DNA of 64,000 nt, from NCBI GenBank assembly GCA_963813495.1, contig CAWEZC010000004.1, positions 80,483 to 144,482 on the forward strand, written 5' to 3'. This DNA is from an uncultured Thermoleophilaceae bacterium. GTDB lineage: Bacteria > Actinomycetota > Thermoleophilia > Solirubrobacterales > Thermoleophilaceae. Under the pieces are notes generated by a model. It worked only from the letters and a program-made list of their open reading frames with translations, did no database searches and was not told where the DNA came from. Position 1 is the stretch's first letter. Each line of letters begins with the position of its first letter. Made by a program: the position numbers and the translations under genes. Positions 52,875-63,446 of this stretch are shown here, one piece after another.

Positions 52875-54406
52875 GGCCCGGGATCCCCTACCCGCGCGGC
52901 GCGCAGCTCCTGGCGTTTCTCAGCGCGGGCCTGCACGTCGGCCACCGCCCGCGCCGGCGCGATGCGCTCGACCGTCGCCCGCTCGGTGCGCTGGACCACG
53001 AAGTTGGGGTAGACCCCGAGCGCGATGATCACGGCCACGAAAGGCACGATCGTCGCCAGGTCGAGCGCGCCGATGTCACGCGACTCCACCTTCGGCCCCT
53101 CGCGTCCGTGCATCGTGCGCTGGAACACGCGGATCATGTAGACCGCCGCCAGCACCACTCCCACGCTCGCCACCAGGCCGTAGACCAGCTTGTCCTCGAA
53201 GGTCCCGAAGAGCACGAGCAGCTCACCCACGAAGTTGGCCGACCCGGGCATGGCCAGGGTGGCGAAGCTGATGATCAGGAACAGGGCAGCGAGCACGGGT
53301 GCCCGGTAGGCCATGCCGCCGAGCTGCGACAACGACTGGCTGCCCTCGGCGCGCATGGCGATCACCCCGATGATCAGAAACAGCGGGACGACGACGAGCC
53401 CGTGGTTGAGCATCTGGAGCACCGCTCCCTGGGCGCCCTTGTCGTCGAAGGCGAAGATCCCCAGCACGATGAAGCCGAGCTGGGCGATCGAGGAGTACGC
53501 CACCACCAGCCTCACGTTGTCCTGCGAGAAGGCGAGGATCGAGCCGTACAGGATCGAGAAGACGGCGATGATGATGAACAGCTCCTGCCAGTGCTGGGAG
53601 CCCTCGGGCATCACCGGCAGCACGATGCGCAGGAAGCCGTAGACGCCGACCTTGGACAGCACCGCCGAGAGCAGGGCGAGCACCGGGATCGACGTCGAGC
53701 GGTAGGTGGCCGGGACCCAGCCGTGCAGCGGGAACAGCGGCGCCTTGACGAAGAAGGCGAGCGCGAACAGCAAGACGATCCACTGCTGGGTTCCCTCGGA
53801 CACCGAGCGCGCCTCCAGCACCGCCAGCGAGAACGACAGCTCGCCGCCGTCGGGCGTGGACAGGACGCCGAGTGCGATCGCCGCCGCCAGCATCAGCAGG
53901 GAGCCGGCCAGCGTGTAGATCACGAACATCGTGGTCGCGCGGACGCGGTCGCCGCTCCCCCAGCCGCCGATCAGGAAGTAGAAGGGCACGAGCATCAGGT
54001 CGAAGAACACGATGAACAGCGCCAGGTCCTGAGCCAGGAAGGCGCCCAGCACCGCGGTCTCGGCGAGTGCGAGATGGAAGAAGAACAGCCGCGGGCGTTC
54101 GTGCTCGCGGAAGGCGGCCACGAGTGTGCAGGGCAGCCAGGCCAGAGCCGTGAGCAGCAGCATGAACAGGTTGAGCCCGTCGACGCCGAGCTGATAGCGG
54201 ATGCCGAGTTGCGGGATCCACTCGTCGTTGGTCACGTACTGCAGGCCGGCGCCGCGGTCGAAGTCGGCCAGCACGACGATCAGGTAGGCGAGCACGGCCG
54301 CGCTGCCCGCGAGCGCCGCCCAGCGGGCCATGCCGCGCGGCAGCAGCGCCCCGACCAGGCCCGCGATCAGCGGCAGGAACAGGATGATCGACAGGTGGAT
54401 GGTCAC
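52871..54406 (-). CDS. nuoM: NADH-quinone oxidoreductase subunit M
   Basis: 511-aa antiporter-like subunit ('FFVKAPLFPLHGWVP', 'AYSSIAQLG'), identified also by position in the operon. Confidence 0.95.
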   Translation of the reverse strand: MTIHLSIILFLPLIAGLVGALLPRGMARWAALAGSAAVLAYLIVVLADFDRGAGLQYVTNDEWIPQLGIRYQLGVDGLNLFMLLLTALAWLPCTLVAAFREHERPRLFFFHLALAETAVLGAFLAQDLALFIVFFDLMLVPFYFLIGGWGSGDRVRATTMFVIYTLAGSLLMLAAAIALGVLSTPDGGELSFSLAVLEARSVSEGTQQWIVLLFALAFFVKAPLFPLHGWVPATYRSTSIPVLALLSAVLSKVGVYGFLRIVLPVMPEGSQHWQELFIIIAVFSILYGSILAFSQDNVRLVVAYSSIAQLGFIVLGIFAFDDKGAQGAVLQMLNHGLVVVPLFLIIGVIAMRAEGSQSLSQLGGMAYRAPVLAALFLIISFATLAMPGSANFVGELLVLFGTFEDKLVYGLVASVGVVLAAVYMIRVFQRTMHGREGPKVESRDIGALDLATIVPFVAVIIALGVYPNFVVQRTERATVERIAPARAVADVQARAEKRQELRAARVGDPGP

Positions 54407-56412
54407 GTGCTTGCGATCAGGAAGTAGAGGAGCACGATCGCCGCTCCGAAGAGCAGCAGCAGCGCGTAGGCGCGCAGGTAGCCGGTCTGGATGGCGCGGG
54501 CGAGCGAGGTCCCGGCCCGCACCGCGCCGGTGGCCCCGCCGACGATGAAGCCCTGCACGAAGTCCGTCTCGATCACGCGGCGCCCGAACGACCCGAGGCT
54601 GGACATCGGCCGCACGAAGACGGCGTCATAGAGCTCGTCGAAGTACCACTTGTGCTCGAGGAAGTCGTGCAGCCGGCGGTAGCGGTCGCGAAGCTGCAGG
54701 GTGATCCCGCGGCGCCGGATGAAGAAGACGTAGGCGAGGAAGATCGAGGCCACCGAGATGATGCCCCCGGCCGCGAGGCCGACCCATTCCGCGCCGACGC
54801 TCGGGCTGTCGTCGATGTAGCGCGAGCTCTCGAAGGTCGGCTCCAGGAAGTGCTCGAGCGTGTCGGTCACGCCCGGGATCCCGACCACGCCGGCCACGAT
54901 CGCCAGCACGGCGAGCGGAGCCATCGCGAACTTCATCGGCCAGGCCTGCTCCGCCACGTGGTGCTCCGGGCCGGGAAAGCCGACGTCCGTGTCCTCGGGC
55001 TCGCCCGTGGCCGGGTTCAGCGGCTCGCCGTGCGCCAGGTGCCCGCCCTCCAGCTCACGCGCCTCGGGCACCGCGTCGCCGTAGAAGACGCGGAAGACCA
55101 TCCGGAACGCGTAGAAGGCCGTGATCCCCGCGGCGAGGTAGCCCGCCACGGCCAGCACCACGAAGCCGCCGCCGCGGTTGAGCGTGTAGGCCAGGATCTC
55201 GTCCTTGGAGAAGAAGCCCGAGGTGAACGGAAAGGCGGCCAGGGCCAGGGCTCCGGCCACGAAGGTGATGAACGTGAACGGCATCGCTCTGCGGAAGCCG
55301 CCCATCCGGTCCATGTCCTGGATCCCCGCCATCGCGCCGATGACCGACCCGGCGGCCATGAACAGCAACGCCTTGAAGAAGGCGTGGGTCATCAGATGGA
55401 AGAGCCCCGCGCCGTAGGCCGCCACCGATACGCCCAGGACCATGTAGCCGATCTGTGACATCGTCGAGTAGGCGATGACACGCTTCAGGTCGGTGACCAC
55501 CAGGGCGATCGAGGCCGCGAAGACCAGCGTCGCGGTGCCGATAACCGCGCTGATGTCGGCGGCGGTGGGGGCCAGCTCGAACAACGGGAAGGTTCGAGCG
55601 ATCAGGTAGACGCCGGCCGTGACCATCGTCGCGGCGTGGATGAGGGCCGACACCGGCGTGGGGCCCTCCATGGCGTCCGGCAGCCAGGTGTGCAGCGGCA
55701 GCTGCGCCGACTTGGCGAAGGCCCCCACGAGGATCAGCAGGCAGGCAGCCACCAGCACGCCGTCGTTCTGCGAGAAGACCTCCGGCGCGCGCTCGAACAC
55801 GGCCAGGTACTCGAGCTGTCCGGTCTCGTTGAGCAGCAGGAAGGTGGCCACCACCAAGCCCACGTCGCCGATCACGTTCATCACGAACGCCTTGATCCCG
55901 GCGTAGGTGGCGGTGTCGCGCCGGTACCAGAACGAGATCAGCAGGTAGGACGCCGCTCCGACGAAGGCCCAGCCCACGATCAGCAGGATGAAGTTGCCGG
56001 CCAGGACCAGCAGCAGCATCGAAAAGACGAAGTAGTTGAGATAGGCGAAGAAGCGGGTGTAGCCGCGGTCGCCGCCCATGTAGGCCACCGAGTAGACGTG
56101 GATCAGGAAGGACACGCCACTCACCACGAGGCACATGAACACCGACAGCGGGTCGATCAGTATCGAGAACTGGACGTCGAGGTCCGCGGTGGCGGCGTAG
56201 GTCCAGGCGCTGTCGACGAGATGACGCTCCTCGGCCGGGAGGTCCTGCATCTTCACCAGCGCGCCGATCGAGGCTGCGAACGAGCCGAGGATGGCCGCGC
56301 TGGCGATCCAGCCCGGCGCGCGCCCCGGCAGGAGGCGCCAGCCCAGCGAGATCACCACGAGCCCCACCAGCGGGAAGACGAGTACGAGCCAGCCGAAGTC
56401 GGTGGCGCTCAC
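54403..56412 (-). CDS. nuoL: NADH-quinone oxidoreductase subunit L
   Basis: 669 aa. 'GAFAKSAQLPLHTWLPDAMEGPTPVSALIHAATMV' and a C-terminal lateral-helix extension. Confidence 0.95.
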   Translation of the reverse strand: MSATDFGWLVLVFPLVGLVVISLGWRLLPGRAPGWIASAAILGSFAASIGALVKMQDLPAEERHLVDSAWTYAATADLDVQFSILIDPLSVFMCLVVSGVSFLIHVYSVAYMGGDRGYTRFFAYLNYFVFSMLLLVLAGNFILLIVGWAFVGAASYLLISFWYRRDTATYAGIKAFVMNVIGDVGLVVATFLLLNETGQLEYLAVFERAPEVFSQNDGVLVAACLLILVGAFAKSAQLPLHTWLPDAMEGPTPVSALIHAATMVTAGVYLIARTFPLFELAPTAADISAVIGTATLVFAASIALVVTDLKRVIAYSTMSQIGYMVLGVSVAAYGAGLFHLMTHAFFKALLFMAAGSVIGAMAGIQDMDRMGGFRRAMPFTFITFVAGALALAAFPFTSGFFSKDEILAYTLNRGGGFVVLAVAGYLAAGITAFYAFRMVFRVFYGDAVPEARELEGGHLAHGEPLNPATGEPEDTDVGFPGPEHHVAEQAWPMKFAMAPLAVLAIVAGVVGIPGVTDTLEHFLEPTFESSRYIDDSPSVGAEWVGLAAGGIISVASIFLAYVFFIRRRGITLQLRDRYRRLHDFLEHKWYFDELYDAVFVRPMSSLGSFGRRVIETDFVQGFIVGGATGAVRAGTSLARAIQTGYLRAYALLLLFGAAIVLLYFLIAST

Positions 56413-56708
56413 CCGCGCAGCTCCGACATCTCGTCCACGTCGATGGGCAGCCGGTTGCGGTACATCGCGACGATGATTCCCAGCCCGATCACCACCTCAC
56501 AGGCGGCGATCACCATCACGATCAGGGCGAAGACCTGCCCGTCCTCCTCCCCGTGCATGCGCGAGAAGGCGATCAGGGCGAGGTTGCCCGCGTTCAGCAT
56601 CAGCTCCAGGCAGAGCAGGACCACCAGCGGGTTGCGCCGGGTGAGCACGCCTGCGGCGCCGATCACGAAGATGAACGCAGAGAGGACGAGGAACCAGACG
56701 ATGTCCAT
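56409..56708 (-). CDS. nuoK: NADH-quinone oxidoreductase subunit K
   Basis: 99 aa with 3 TM. 'LLCLELMLNAGNLALIAF'. Confidence 0.95.
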   Translation of the reverse strand: MDIVWFLVLSAFIFVIGAAGVLTRRNPLVVLLCLELMLNAGNLALIAFSRMHGEEDGQVFALIVMVIAACEVVIGLGIIVAMYRNRLPIDVDEMSELRG

Positions 56709-57290
56709 CTAGACGCGCACCTCGACCGTCTCGGTGCCCGCGTCACGGGGCGGAGGGCCGGCCGCGCCGTCGTCCTCGATGCCGCGCCGGCGCCGCGCCA
56801 GCACCACGGCCCCGACCGCGGCCACCAGCAGGAGGAAGGAGGCGGCCTCGAAGGCCACCAGCCAGCGGGTCAGGAGCAGCTCGCCGATCTCGCCGGGCGA
56901 GCCGAACAGGTTCCCGACGTCGGCTCCGCGGGTGTTGAGCGCTTTCAGCCCGGAGGCGATGAAGGCGATGCACAGCTCGATGCCCACGGCCGCGGCGAAC
57001 AGCGGGCCGAACGTGTTGATCAGCCCGCCCTCGGGGCGCAGCGGCTCGTCGGAGCCGCCGATGTAGGCCACCACGAACAGGTAGAGCACCATCACCGCGC
57101 CGGCGTAGACCACCACCTGACCGGCGGCGAGGAACTCGGCCTGGAGCAGCAGGAAGAGCACGGCGAGAGCCACCAGGTGGACCACGAGGGCCAGCACCGA
57201 GTAGAACGGATTGCGCAGCCAGACCACACCCAGGGCGCCGGCCAGCGCGCCGATTGCGGCGATGAAGAACAGGACCTGCTCGAACCACAT
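56709..57290 (-). CDS. nuoJ: NADH-quinone oxidoreductase subunit J
   Basis: 193 aa. 'NPFYSVLALVVHLVALAVLFLLLQAEFLAAGQVVVYAGAVMVL'. Confidence 0.93.
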   Translation of the reverse strand: MWFEQVLFFIAAIGALAGALGVVWLRNPFYSVLALVVHLVALAVLFLLLQAEFLAAGQVVVYAGAVMVLYLFVVAYIGGSDEPLRPEGGLINTFGPLFAAAVGIELCIAFIASGLKALNTRGADVGNLFGSPGEIGELLLTRWLVAFEAASFLLLVAAVGAVVLARRRRGIEDDGAAGPPPRDAGTETVEVRV

Positions 57291-57300
57291 GGGCGGGGTT

Positions 57301-57834
57301 CTACTCGCCCTCGCGCCTCAACGGAGTGTGCTCAGGCGGATCGGCCAGCAGCATCTCCTTGGTGAAGATGAGGTCCGAGCGGTGGTAGTCGGCGAGCTCG
57401 TAGTCGTTGCCCATCGTGATCGCATCGAAGGGGCAGGCCACCTCGCAGTAACCGCAGAAGATGCAGCGCGACATGTTGATCTCGTAGACCGCGGCATAGC
57501 GCTCGCCGGCCGAGACCTGCTCCTCGGGGGTGTTCTCGGCCGCCACCACGCGGATGCACTTGGCCGGACAGGCCGCGGCGCAGAGCGAGCAGCCCACGCA
57601 CTTCTCGAGCCCGGTGTCCTCGAAACGGTGCAGTTTGTGCCGTCCGCGAAAACGCGGGTAAACCGGCGTCTTCTCCTCCGGGTACTGGATCACGTGATGG
57701 CCCTCGGCCACCCGCCCGAGGGTCGTCTTGAGCCCACGCAGGGTCTCACCGAACACGCGGTACACGGCGCCCGCCCCCCCCGGCTCGGGCCCTCGTTCGA
57801 CCGGCTGCGCGGCGCTCTTCCAGTCAGTTGCCAT
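57301..57834 (-). CDS. nuoI: NADH-quinone oxidoreductase subunit I
   Basis: Two 4Fe-4S motifs, '[12 protein letters not shown]' and '[12 protein letters not shown]'. Confidence 0.96.
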   Translation of the reverse strand: MATDWKSAAQPVERGPEPGGAGAVYRVFGETLRGLKTTLGRVAEGHHVIQYPEEKTPVYPRFRGRHKLHRFEDTGLEKCVGCSLCAAACPAKCIRVVAAENTPEEQVSAGERYAAVYEINMSRCIFCGYCEVACPFDAITMGNDYELADYHRSDLIFTKEMLLADPPEHTPLRREGE

Positions 57835-57853
57835 CAGTTCGTCGCCATCCCTC

Positions 57854-58849
57854 TCACGTCACTACCAGGACGATTGCGGTTGCAAGCACGTTCAGGGTGG
57901 CCAGCGGCAGCAGGATCTTCCAGCCGAACGACATCAGCTGGTCGTAGCGCAGCCGCGGGAGCGAGGCACGCACCCAGATGAAGAACAGAGCCCCGCCGAT
58001 GATCTTGAGCAGCATCCACAGCGGGGCGAGCTCGATCGGCCCGGGGCCATGCCAGCCACCCAGGAAGCAGGCGGAGGCGATGGCCGAGATCACGAGCACC
58101 TCCATGTACTCGGCCATGAAGAAGGAGCCGAACCGCATCCCGCCGAACTCGGTGTTGTAGCCGCCGACGATCTCGGCATCACCCTCGGGCAGGTCGAACG
58201 GCGCCCGCGCGGTCTCGGCAAAGCCGGCCACCATGAAGATCAGGAAGCCCACGAACTGCGGGACGATGAACCACATGCCGTCCTGGGCCTCGACGATCTG
58301 AACGAGCGAGAGCGAGCCGGTGGTCATCACCACGCCGAGCAGGGACAGGCCGAGCGCGACCTCGTAGGAGATCAGCTGTGCGGCGGCGCGCATGGCGCCG
58401 AGAAACGAGTACTTGGACCCCGACGACCAGCCGCCCAGCATCAGCCCGTAGAAGGCCAGTGAGCCGAAGGCGAGGAAATAGAGCAGCCCGATCGAGACGT
58501 CCATGCCGTAGAGGCCGAAGTCACCGCCCCAGGCGTTGAAGGGACCGAACGGGATCAGCACCATCGTCGCGATGGCGGTGACCACGGAGATCACCGGGGC
58601 GATCGCCATCATCCAGGGCACGGCCGTGGCCGGGGTGAAGGCCTCCTTGGAGAGCAGCTTGAGCACGTCGGCGATCGGCTGCATCGCGCCCCAGGGGCCC
58701 ACGCGGTTGGGGCCGATGCGCGATTGGAAGCGCCCCAGGATCTTGCGCTCGCCGAGGAGGATGAGCGGCACCAGCTGCAGGAAGACGGCGAAGATCACGA
58801 TCGACTTGACGATCAGGACCAGGGTGGACTCGAGCGGAGCCTCGGCCAT
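57854..58849 (-). CDS. nuoH: NADH-quinone oxidoreductase subunit H
   Basis: 331 aa. '[21 protein letters not shown]' and '[20 protein letters not shown]'. Confidence 0.96.
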   Translation of the reverse strand: MAEAPLESTLVLIVKSIVIFAVFLQLVPLILLGERKILGRFQSRIGPNRVGPWGAMQPIADVLKLLSKEAFTPATAVPWMMAIAPVISVVTAIATMVLIPFGPFNAWGGDFGLYGMDVSIGLLYFLAFGSLAFYGLMLGGWSSGSKYSFLGAMRAAAQLISYEVALGLSLLGVVMTTGSLSLVQIVEAQDGMWFIVPQFVGFLIFMVAGFAETARAPFDLPEGDAEIVGGYNTEFGGMRFGSFFMAEYMEVLVISAIASACFLGGWHGPGPIELAPLWMLLKIIGGALFFIWVRASLPRLRYDQLMSFGWKILLPLATLNVLATAIVLVVT

Positions 58850-61302
58850 CAGACCACAGCCGCCCGGGAGGACGACGACCTGACCTCGACCTCCCCGTCG
58901 GCGAGCTCGACGCCGGAGACGAACACGGCGCCGCGGGGCACGCCGGTGCGGACCGCCACGATCACCGTGACCCGCTCACCGCCGGCGTTGAGCTCGACCT
59001 CGTCGGCTTCGGCCACGCCCAGCTCCCGCGCGTCTTCCGGGGACAGCTGGGCGGTGCCGGCGCCGGCCAGGAACTGCAGCGAGGGCGAGTGCTCGATCTC
59101 CGGTCCGCTCCACAGCGTCGGCGCGCGGGTTACGCGCAGACCGTCCGCGGCGGCCGGCGCGTCGGCCAGCGGAGCGTCAGAGACCTCCTCCGCCGTGAGC
59201 GTGGAAGCCGCCTCGCGGTCCTGCCAGCGGATTCCCTGCCCTCCGATCTCGTCGAGCGTCACGCCTCCGTAGAAGGGGACGGCGCCGCTCACCAGCTCGG
59301 TCACGTGCGGCAGGGTGAGGACGCCCAGGCCGGCGCCGCTGCGCTCGCAGAGCTCCGCCAGCACGTGCCAGCCCGCGCGCACCTCGCCGGCGCGCCCCAG
59401 TGCCTGGCGCACGCGCTGCAGGCGCCCGTCGGGATGGGTGACGCTGCCCTCCTTCTCCGCGTAGACCTCGGCGGGGAAAACGATGTCGGCGTGATCGGCC
59501 AGGCTGTCGTCAAGGAAGTGCGCGAAGGCGATCACCGCGGTCGCGCTCGCGAGGACGTCGCCGGACAGCCCGGCCTCGTAGAGCAGCAGCGCTCCCGCGC
59601 CGCCCGCGTCGTCCTCGGCCGGCGCATCGGCCAGGCCGGGAAGCAGCCCCTGGGCACAGCCCACCTCGCGCAGCCCGCGGCCGTTGGTGGCCTCCGGGAT
59701 CCCGATCAGCCCGGACTCCTTCTTGCCGTCGATCCCGAGCGCACCGGCCATGGCGAGCAGCGCCTCGGCGGCGTTGGCGCCGCGCCCGCCGGCGATGACC
59801 CGCTCGCCCCAGATCACCACGACGTCGGTGGCGGCGGCCAGCACGTCGGCGGCCGCCCGCACCGCGGCGCCGGCGTCGCCGTTGCCCGACGGCTGCCCCG
59901 GGCGAAAGCCGCTCGTGGCTCGCGCCCGTGAGGCCAGCCCGCTGACGTCGGCACCCGGAGAGCGCGAAGAGCCGAGCGCCGCGGCCAGAGCGCCCAACGC
60001 CGCCTCGGCGCCCCCGGGCGGGAAGCGCAGGGCCGCGGCGGAGTTGGCGTCGAGACTGGAGGGCCGGCTCGAGACCACCACCACCTGTGCGCGGTTGCGC
60101 CGGGCCGCCTTGCGCACGCGCAGGTCGAGGATCGGGGCCTCGTCCACGAGCTCGGTGTCGAGCACGAGGATCGCGCCGGCGTGGTCGATGTCGGAGACCC
60201 GCGCGGACAGGTCGGGGCGGGCCAGCGTGCGGGCCAGCCGCCCGGAGGCGGAGACCCCACCGCCGACGCGCTGCGAGCCGAGGCCGGCGCGCAGCAGGTG
60301 CTGGACGAGAAAGCCCTCCTCGTTGGTGGCCATTCCGCCGACATGGGCCCTGGCGCGCGCCCCGGACTTCTCGAATGCCGCCGACGCGTCGGAGAGCGCG
60401 CGCTCCCAAGAGACCTCACGCAGGTAGCCGCCGTCACGGACAAGCGGAGCGGTGATGCGCCGGGGAGAGGAGAAGGCCTGGTAGGCGAAGCGGCCCTTGT
60501 CGCACAGCCAGCCGTCATCGACCTCCTCGTTGTCGCGCGCGAGCACGCGCACGACCTTCGCGTCGTCGCGGATGGTCAGCTTGACGTTGCACTGAGAGGG
60601 ACAGAGGGTGCAGATCGAGCCCGAGTCCTCGATGTCCCAGGGCCGGGCCCGGAAGCGGTAGGCCTGGGAGGTCAGCGCCCCCACCGGGCAGAGCTCGATG
60701 ATGTTGCCGGTGAAGGGGGCCACGTAGGGACGGCCGTCGTGGGTGCCCACGAAGGTGTGGTCGCCGCGGTCGAGGAACACGAGCTGGTAGTCCTCGGCCA
60801 CCTCCTGCGAGAAGCGCACGCAGCGGTAACAGAGGATGCAGCGCTCCCGGTCGATGGCGATCAGCGGCGACAGCTCGAGCGGCTTCTTGAAATGCCGCTT
60901 GGGCTCGATGTAGCGCGAGCGGCCTGCTCCCCAGCCGTACGAGATGTCCTGCAATGGGCACTCGCCGCCCTTGTCGCACACCGGGCAGTCGAGCGGGTGG
61001 TTGACCAGCAGGAACTCGACCACGGCGTTCTGGGCGTGCTTGACGCGGTCCGAGGTCGTGTTCACGACCATGCCGTCGCGCACGGGAGTCGAGCACGAGG
61101 TCTGGAGCTTGGGAATGCCCTCGATCTCCACCAGGCACATGCGGCAGGCGCCGACGGGCTGGCCGAGCTTGGGCTCGTAACAGAAGTAGGGGATCTCGAC
61201 GTCGCCGTGCTTGGCGGCGTCGACGAGCATCGTGCCCTCCTCGGCACGCACCTCGCGACCGTCGATCTCGAAGGTGATCCAGGTTTTCTCGGGGCGGGCC
61301 AT
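58849..61302 (-). CDS. nuoG: NADH-quinone oxidoreductase subunit G
   Basis: 817 aa. N-terminal 2Fe-2S and 4Fe-4S motifs 'CRMCLVEIEG' and 'HPLDCPVCDKGGECPLQD'. Confidence 0.95.
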   Translation of the reverse strand: MARPEKTWITFEIDGREVRAEEGTMLVDAAKHGDVEIPYFCYEPKLGQPVGACRMCLVEIEGIPKLQTSCSTPVRDGMVVNTTSDRVKHAQNAVVEFLLVNHPLDCPVCDKGGECPLQDISYGWGAGRSRYIEPKRHFKKPLELSPLIAIDRERCILCYRCVRFSQEVAEDYQLVFLDRGDHTFVGTHDGRPYVAPFTGNIIELCPVGALTSQAYRFRARPWDIEDSGSICTLCPSQCNVKLTIRDDAKVVRVLARDNEEVDDGWLCDKGRFAYQAFSSPRRITAPLVRDGGYLREVSWERALSDASAAFEKSGARARAHVGGMATNEEGFLVQHLLRAGLGSQRVGGGVSASGRLARTLARPDLSARVSDIDHAGAILVLDTELVDEAPILDLRVRKAARRNRAQVVVVSSRPSSLDANSAAALRFPPGGAEAALGALAAALGSSRSPGADVSGLASRARATSGFRPGQPSGNGDAGAAVRAAADVLAAATDVVVIWGERVIAGGRGANAAEALLAMAGALGIDGKKESGLIGIPEATNGRGLREVGCAQGLLPGLADAPAEDDAGGAGALLLYEAGLSGDVLASATAVIAFAHFLDDSLADHADIVFPAEVYAEKEGSVTHPDGRLQRVRQALGRAGEVRAGWHVLAELCERSGAGLGVLTLPHVTELVSGAVPFYGGVTLDEIGGQGIRWQDREAASTLTAEEVSDAPLADAPAAADGLRVTRAPTLWSGPEIEHSPSLQFLAGAGTAQLSPEDARELGVAEADEVELNAGGERVTVIVAVRTGVPRGAVFVSGVELADGEVEVRSSSSRAAVV

Positions 61303-61322
61303 CGGCTACTGGATGACCGCCG

Positions 61323-62652
61323 TCAGGCGGCTCCGGCCTCCGCCACCGCGGCCAGCTCTCCGGCTCCCTGCGGCTGCATCGACTCGAGGTCGCGCCGCGC
61401 CCGGGCCGCCTCCATGTGCGCCTCGAACTCAGGCCGGAAGTGCTTGAGCATCGAGGCGACGGGCATCGCCATCGAGTCCCCCAGCACGCACAGGCAGTTG
61501 CCGATGATGTTGCCCTGGACCTGCTCGAGGATGTCCAGGTCCATTGGGGTCCCCTCGCCCTCGTCCACGCGCTCGAGCATCTTCACGGTCCAGTTGGTGC
61601 CCTCGCGGCAGGGCACGCACTTGCCGCAGGACTCGTGGCGATAGAACTCGGCCAGGCGCAGGGCGAGCGGCACGAGCGGCTGCGAGTCGTCCACCACGAT
61701 CATGGACGCGGTGCCCAGCATCGACCCGGCCTCGGCCATCGCCTCGTAGGTGAAGGGCAGGTCGAGGTGCTCCGCGGTCAGCACCGGCGCGGACGAGCCG
61801 CCGGGGAAGAAGCATTTGAGCTCGCGCCCCTCGGGGAGCCCGCCGGCCAGGCCGTAGATGATCTCGCGCACGGGGATGCCGAGCTCGATCTCGAAGTTGC
61901 CCGGCTGGACGACATTGCCGGACACCGACACCAGCTTGGTGCCGGTCGAGTTGCCCTCGCCGCGCTCCCGGTACCACGCCGCGCCCTTCTCGATGATGCA
62001 GGGCGCGTTGCACAGGGTCTCGACGTTGTTGATCAGCGTGGGTCCCTGATACAGGCCCTGGTTGGCAGGGAACGGGGGCTTGAGGCGAGGGTTGCCGCGC
62101 TTGCCCTCGAGGGCGTCGAGCAGCGCGGTCTCCTCGCCACAGATGTAGGCGCCCTGCCCACGGTGCACCACGAGGTCGAAGCGAGTGCTCCGAGCCCAGG
62201 ATGCGCTCGCCGAGGTAGCCCTTGGCGTAGGCCTCCGCCACGGCGGAGTCGAGGATGTCGGCCTGCAGCTCGTACTCGCCGCGGATGAAGATGAAGCCCT
62301 TGTTGGCCCCGGCGGCCACGGCGCCGATGATGCAGCCCTCCACCAGCAGGTGCGGGTTCTTCTGCATCAACAGGCGATCCTTGAAGGCGCCGGGCTCGGA
62401 CTCGTCCGCGTTGCAGCAGAGGTACTTGTCCATTGCCCCCTTGGGCAGGAAGCTGGCCTTCTTGCCCATCGAGAAGCCCGCGCCGCCGCGGCCGCGCAGG
62501 CCCGACTCCTCGAGCTCGTGCAACACCGTCTCGGGTGACATCTCCAGCAGCGCCTTGCGCGCCGAGCGGTAGCCGCCGAGGCGCTCGTAGACGTCCATCG
62601 TCGCCAGGCCGGGCTCGTCGATGTGCGCCATCAGGATCCGGGTCTCGGTCAT
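61323..62652 (-). pseudogene. nuoF: NADH-quinone oxidoreductase subunit F, interrupted by an apparent +1 frameshift near 62181
   Basis: The N-terminal 157 codons (62652..62182: 'GRGGAGFSMGKK', 'YLGERILGSEHS') are in one frame. 'FDLVVHRGQGAYICGEETALL...ESCGKCVPCREG' (62180..61323) is in another. One extra base (62181) separates them. Confidence 0.85.
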
Positions 62653-63446
62653 TGGTCGTCCTCTTCCGGCGCCACGCTCGTGCCGGGATCGATCGGGTGA
62701 GGCAGGTCGCGCATGTGCGGGGGTGGGCCCTCCGCGGGCGGCACGTCGAGCAGCGCCGCGTCCTTCCAGGTGCCGCCGGCGGGATGGACGTCCGGGTCCT
62801 CGCCCGGACCCGCCGGCGACTCGGGCGGCCTGCCCAGCTCGAAGCCTGGGTCACCCAGGCCGCGCCCGGGCAGCACCTCGCGCCCCTCCTTCAGGGCACT
62901 CACCAGCTCCGGGGCGTCGCTGGTCGCGAGCGGGCCCACGTAGCGGCCGTTGACTGAGGCCATGGGGGCCATGTCGCAGGCGCCCAGGCACTCGAACTCG
63001 CGGATCTCCACGCCCTCGAGCTGCTGGCGCCCGGCCTCGTCGGCCACGGCGTCGTAGACCTCCTTGGCGGCGCGCAGGTGGCAGGCCACGCTGGTGCAGA
63101 CGTACAGGTAGCTCGGGCCCGTGGGCGCGGTGCGCAGCATGTCGTAGAACGTGGCGATGCTCGACAGGTAGCCCGGAGTCACCTGCATCACGGCTGCGAC
63201 CTGGCGTAGCGCCTCGGGCGAGCACCAGCCGTGTATGCGCTGGGCCGCCGCCAGCGCCGGCAGTGTGGCCGAGTGGCGCTCGGGATAGAGCGACATCAGC
63301 CGCACGATCTCGGCGCGCAGCTCCTCCGGTACCTCGACCTCGGCCGGATCGGGGATCGTGGCCGGATCCTCGTCGATGAGCACGGCCTCGTCCCAGCCCG
63401 GCGGGAGAGGGACCGCGTGCAGGCTGCCCTCGTCCGTGGGGCTCAC
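62649..63446 (-). CDS. nuoE: NADH-quinone oxidoreductase subunit E, with a Pro-rich C-terminal extension
   Basis: '[10 protein letters not shown]' and '[10 protein letters not shown]' are the 2Fe-2S ligands. Overlaps nuoF and nuoD by 4 nt each. Confidence 0.94.
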   Translation of the reverse strand: MSPTDEGSLHAVPLPPGWDEAVLIDEDPATIPDPAEVEVPEELRAEIVRLMSLYPERHSATLPALAAAQRIHGWCSPEALRQVAAVMQVTPGYLSSIATFYDMLRTAPTGPSYLYVCTSVACHLRAAKEVYDAVADEAGRQQLEGVEIREFECLGACDMAPMASVNGRYVGPLATSDAPELVSALKEGREVLPGRGLGDPGFELGRPPESPAGPGEDPDVHPAGGTWKDAALLDVPPAEGPPPHMRDLPHPIDPGTSVAPEEDDQ

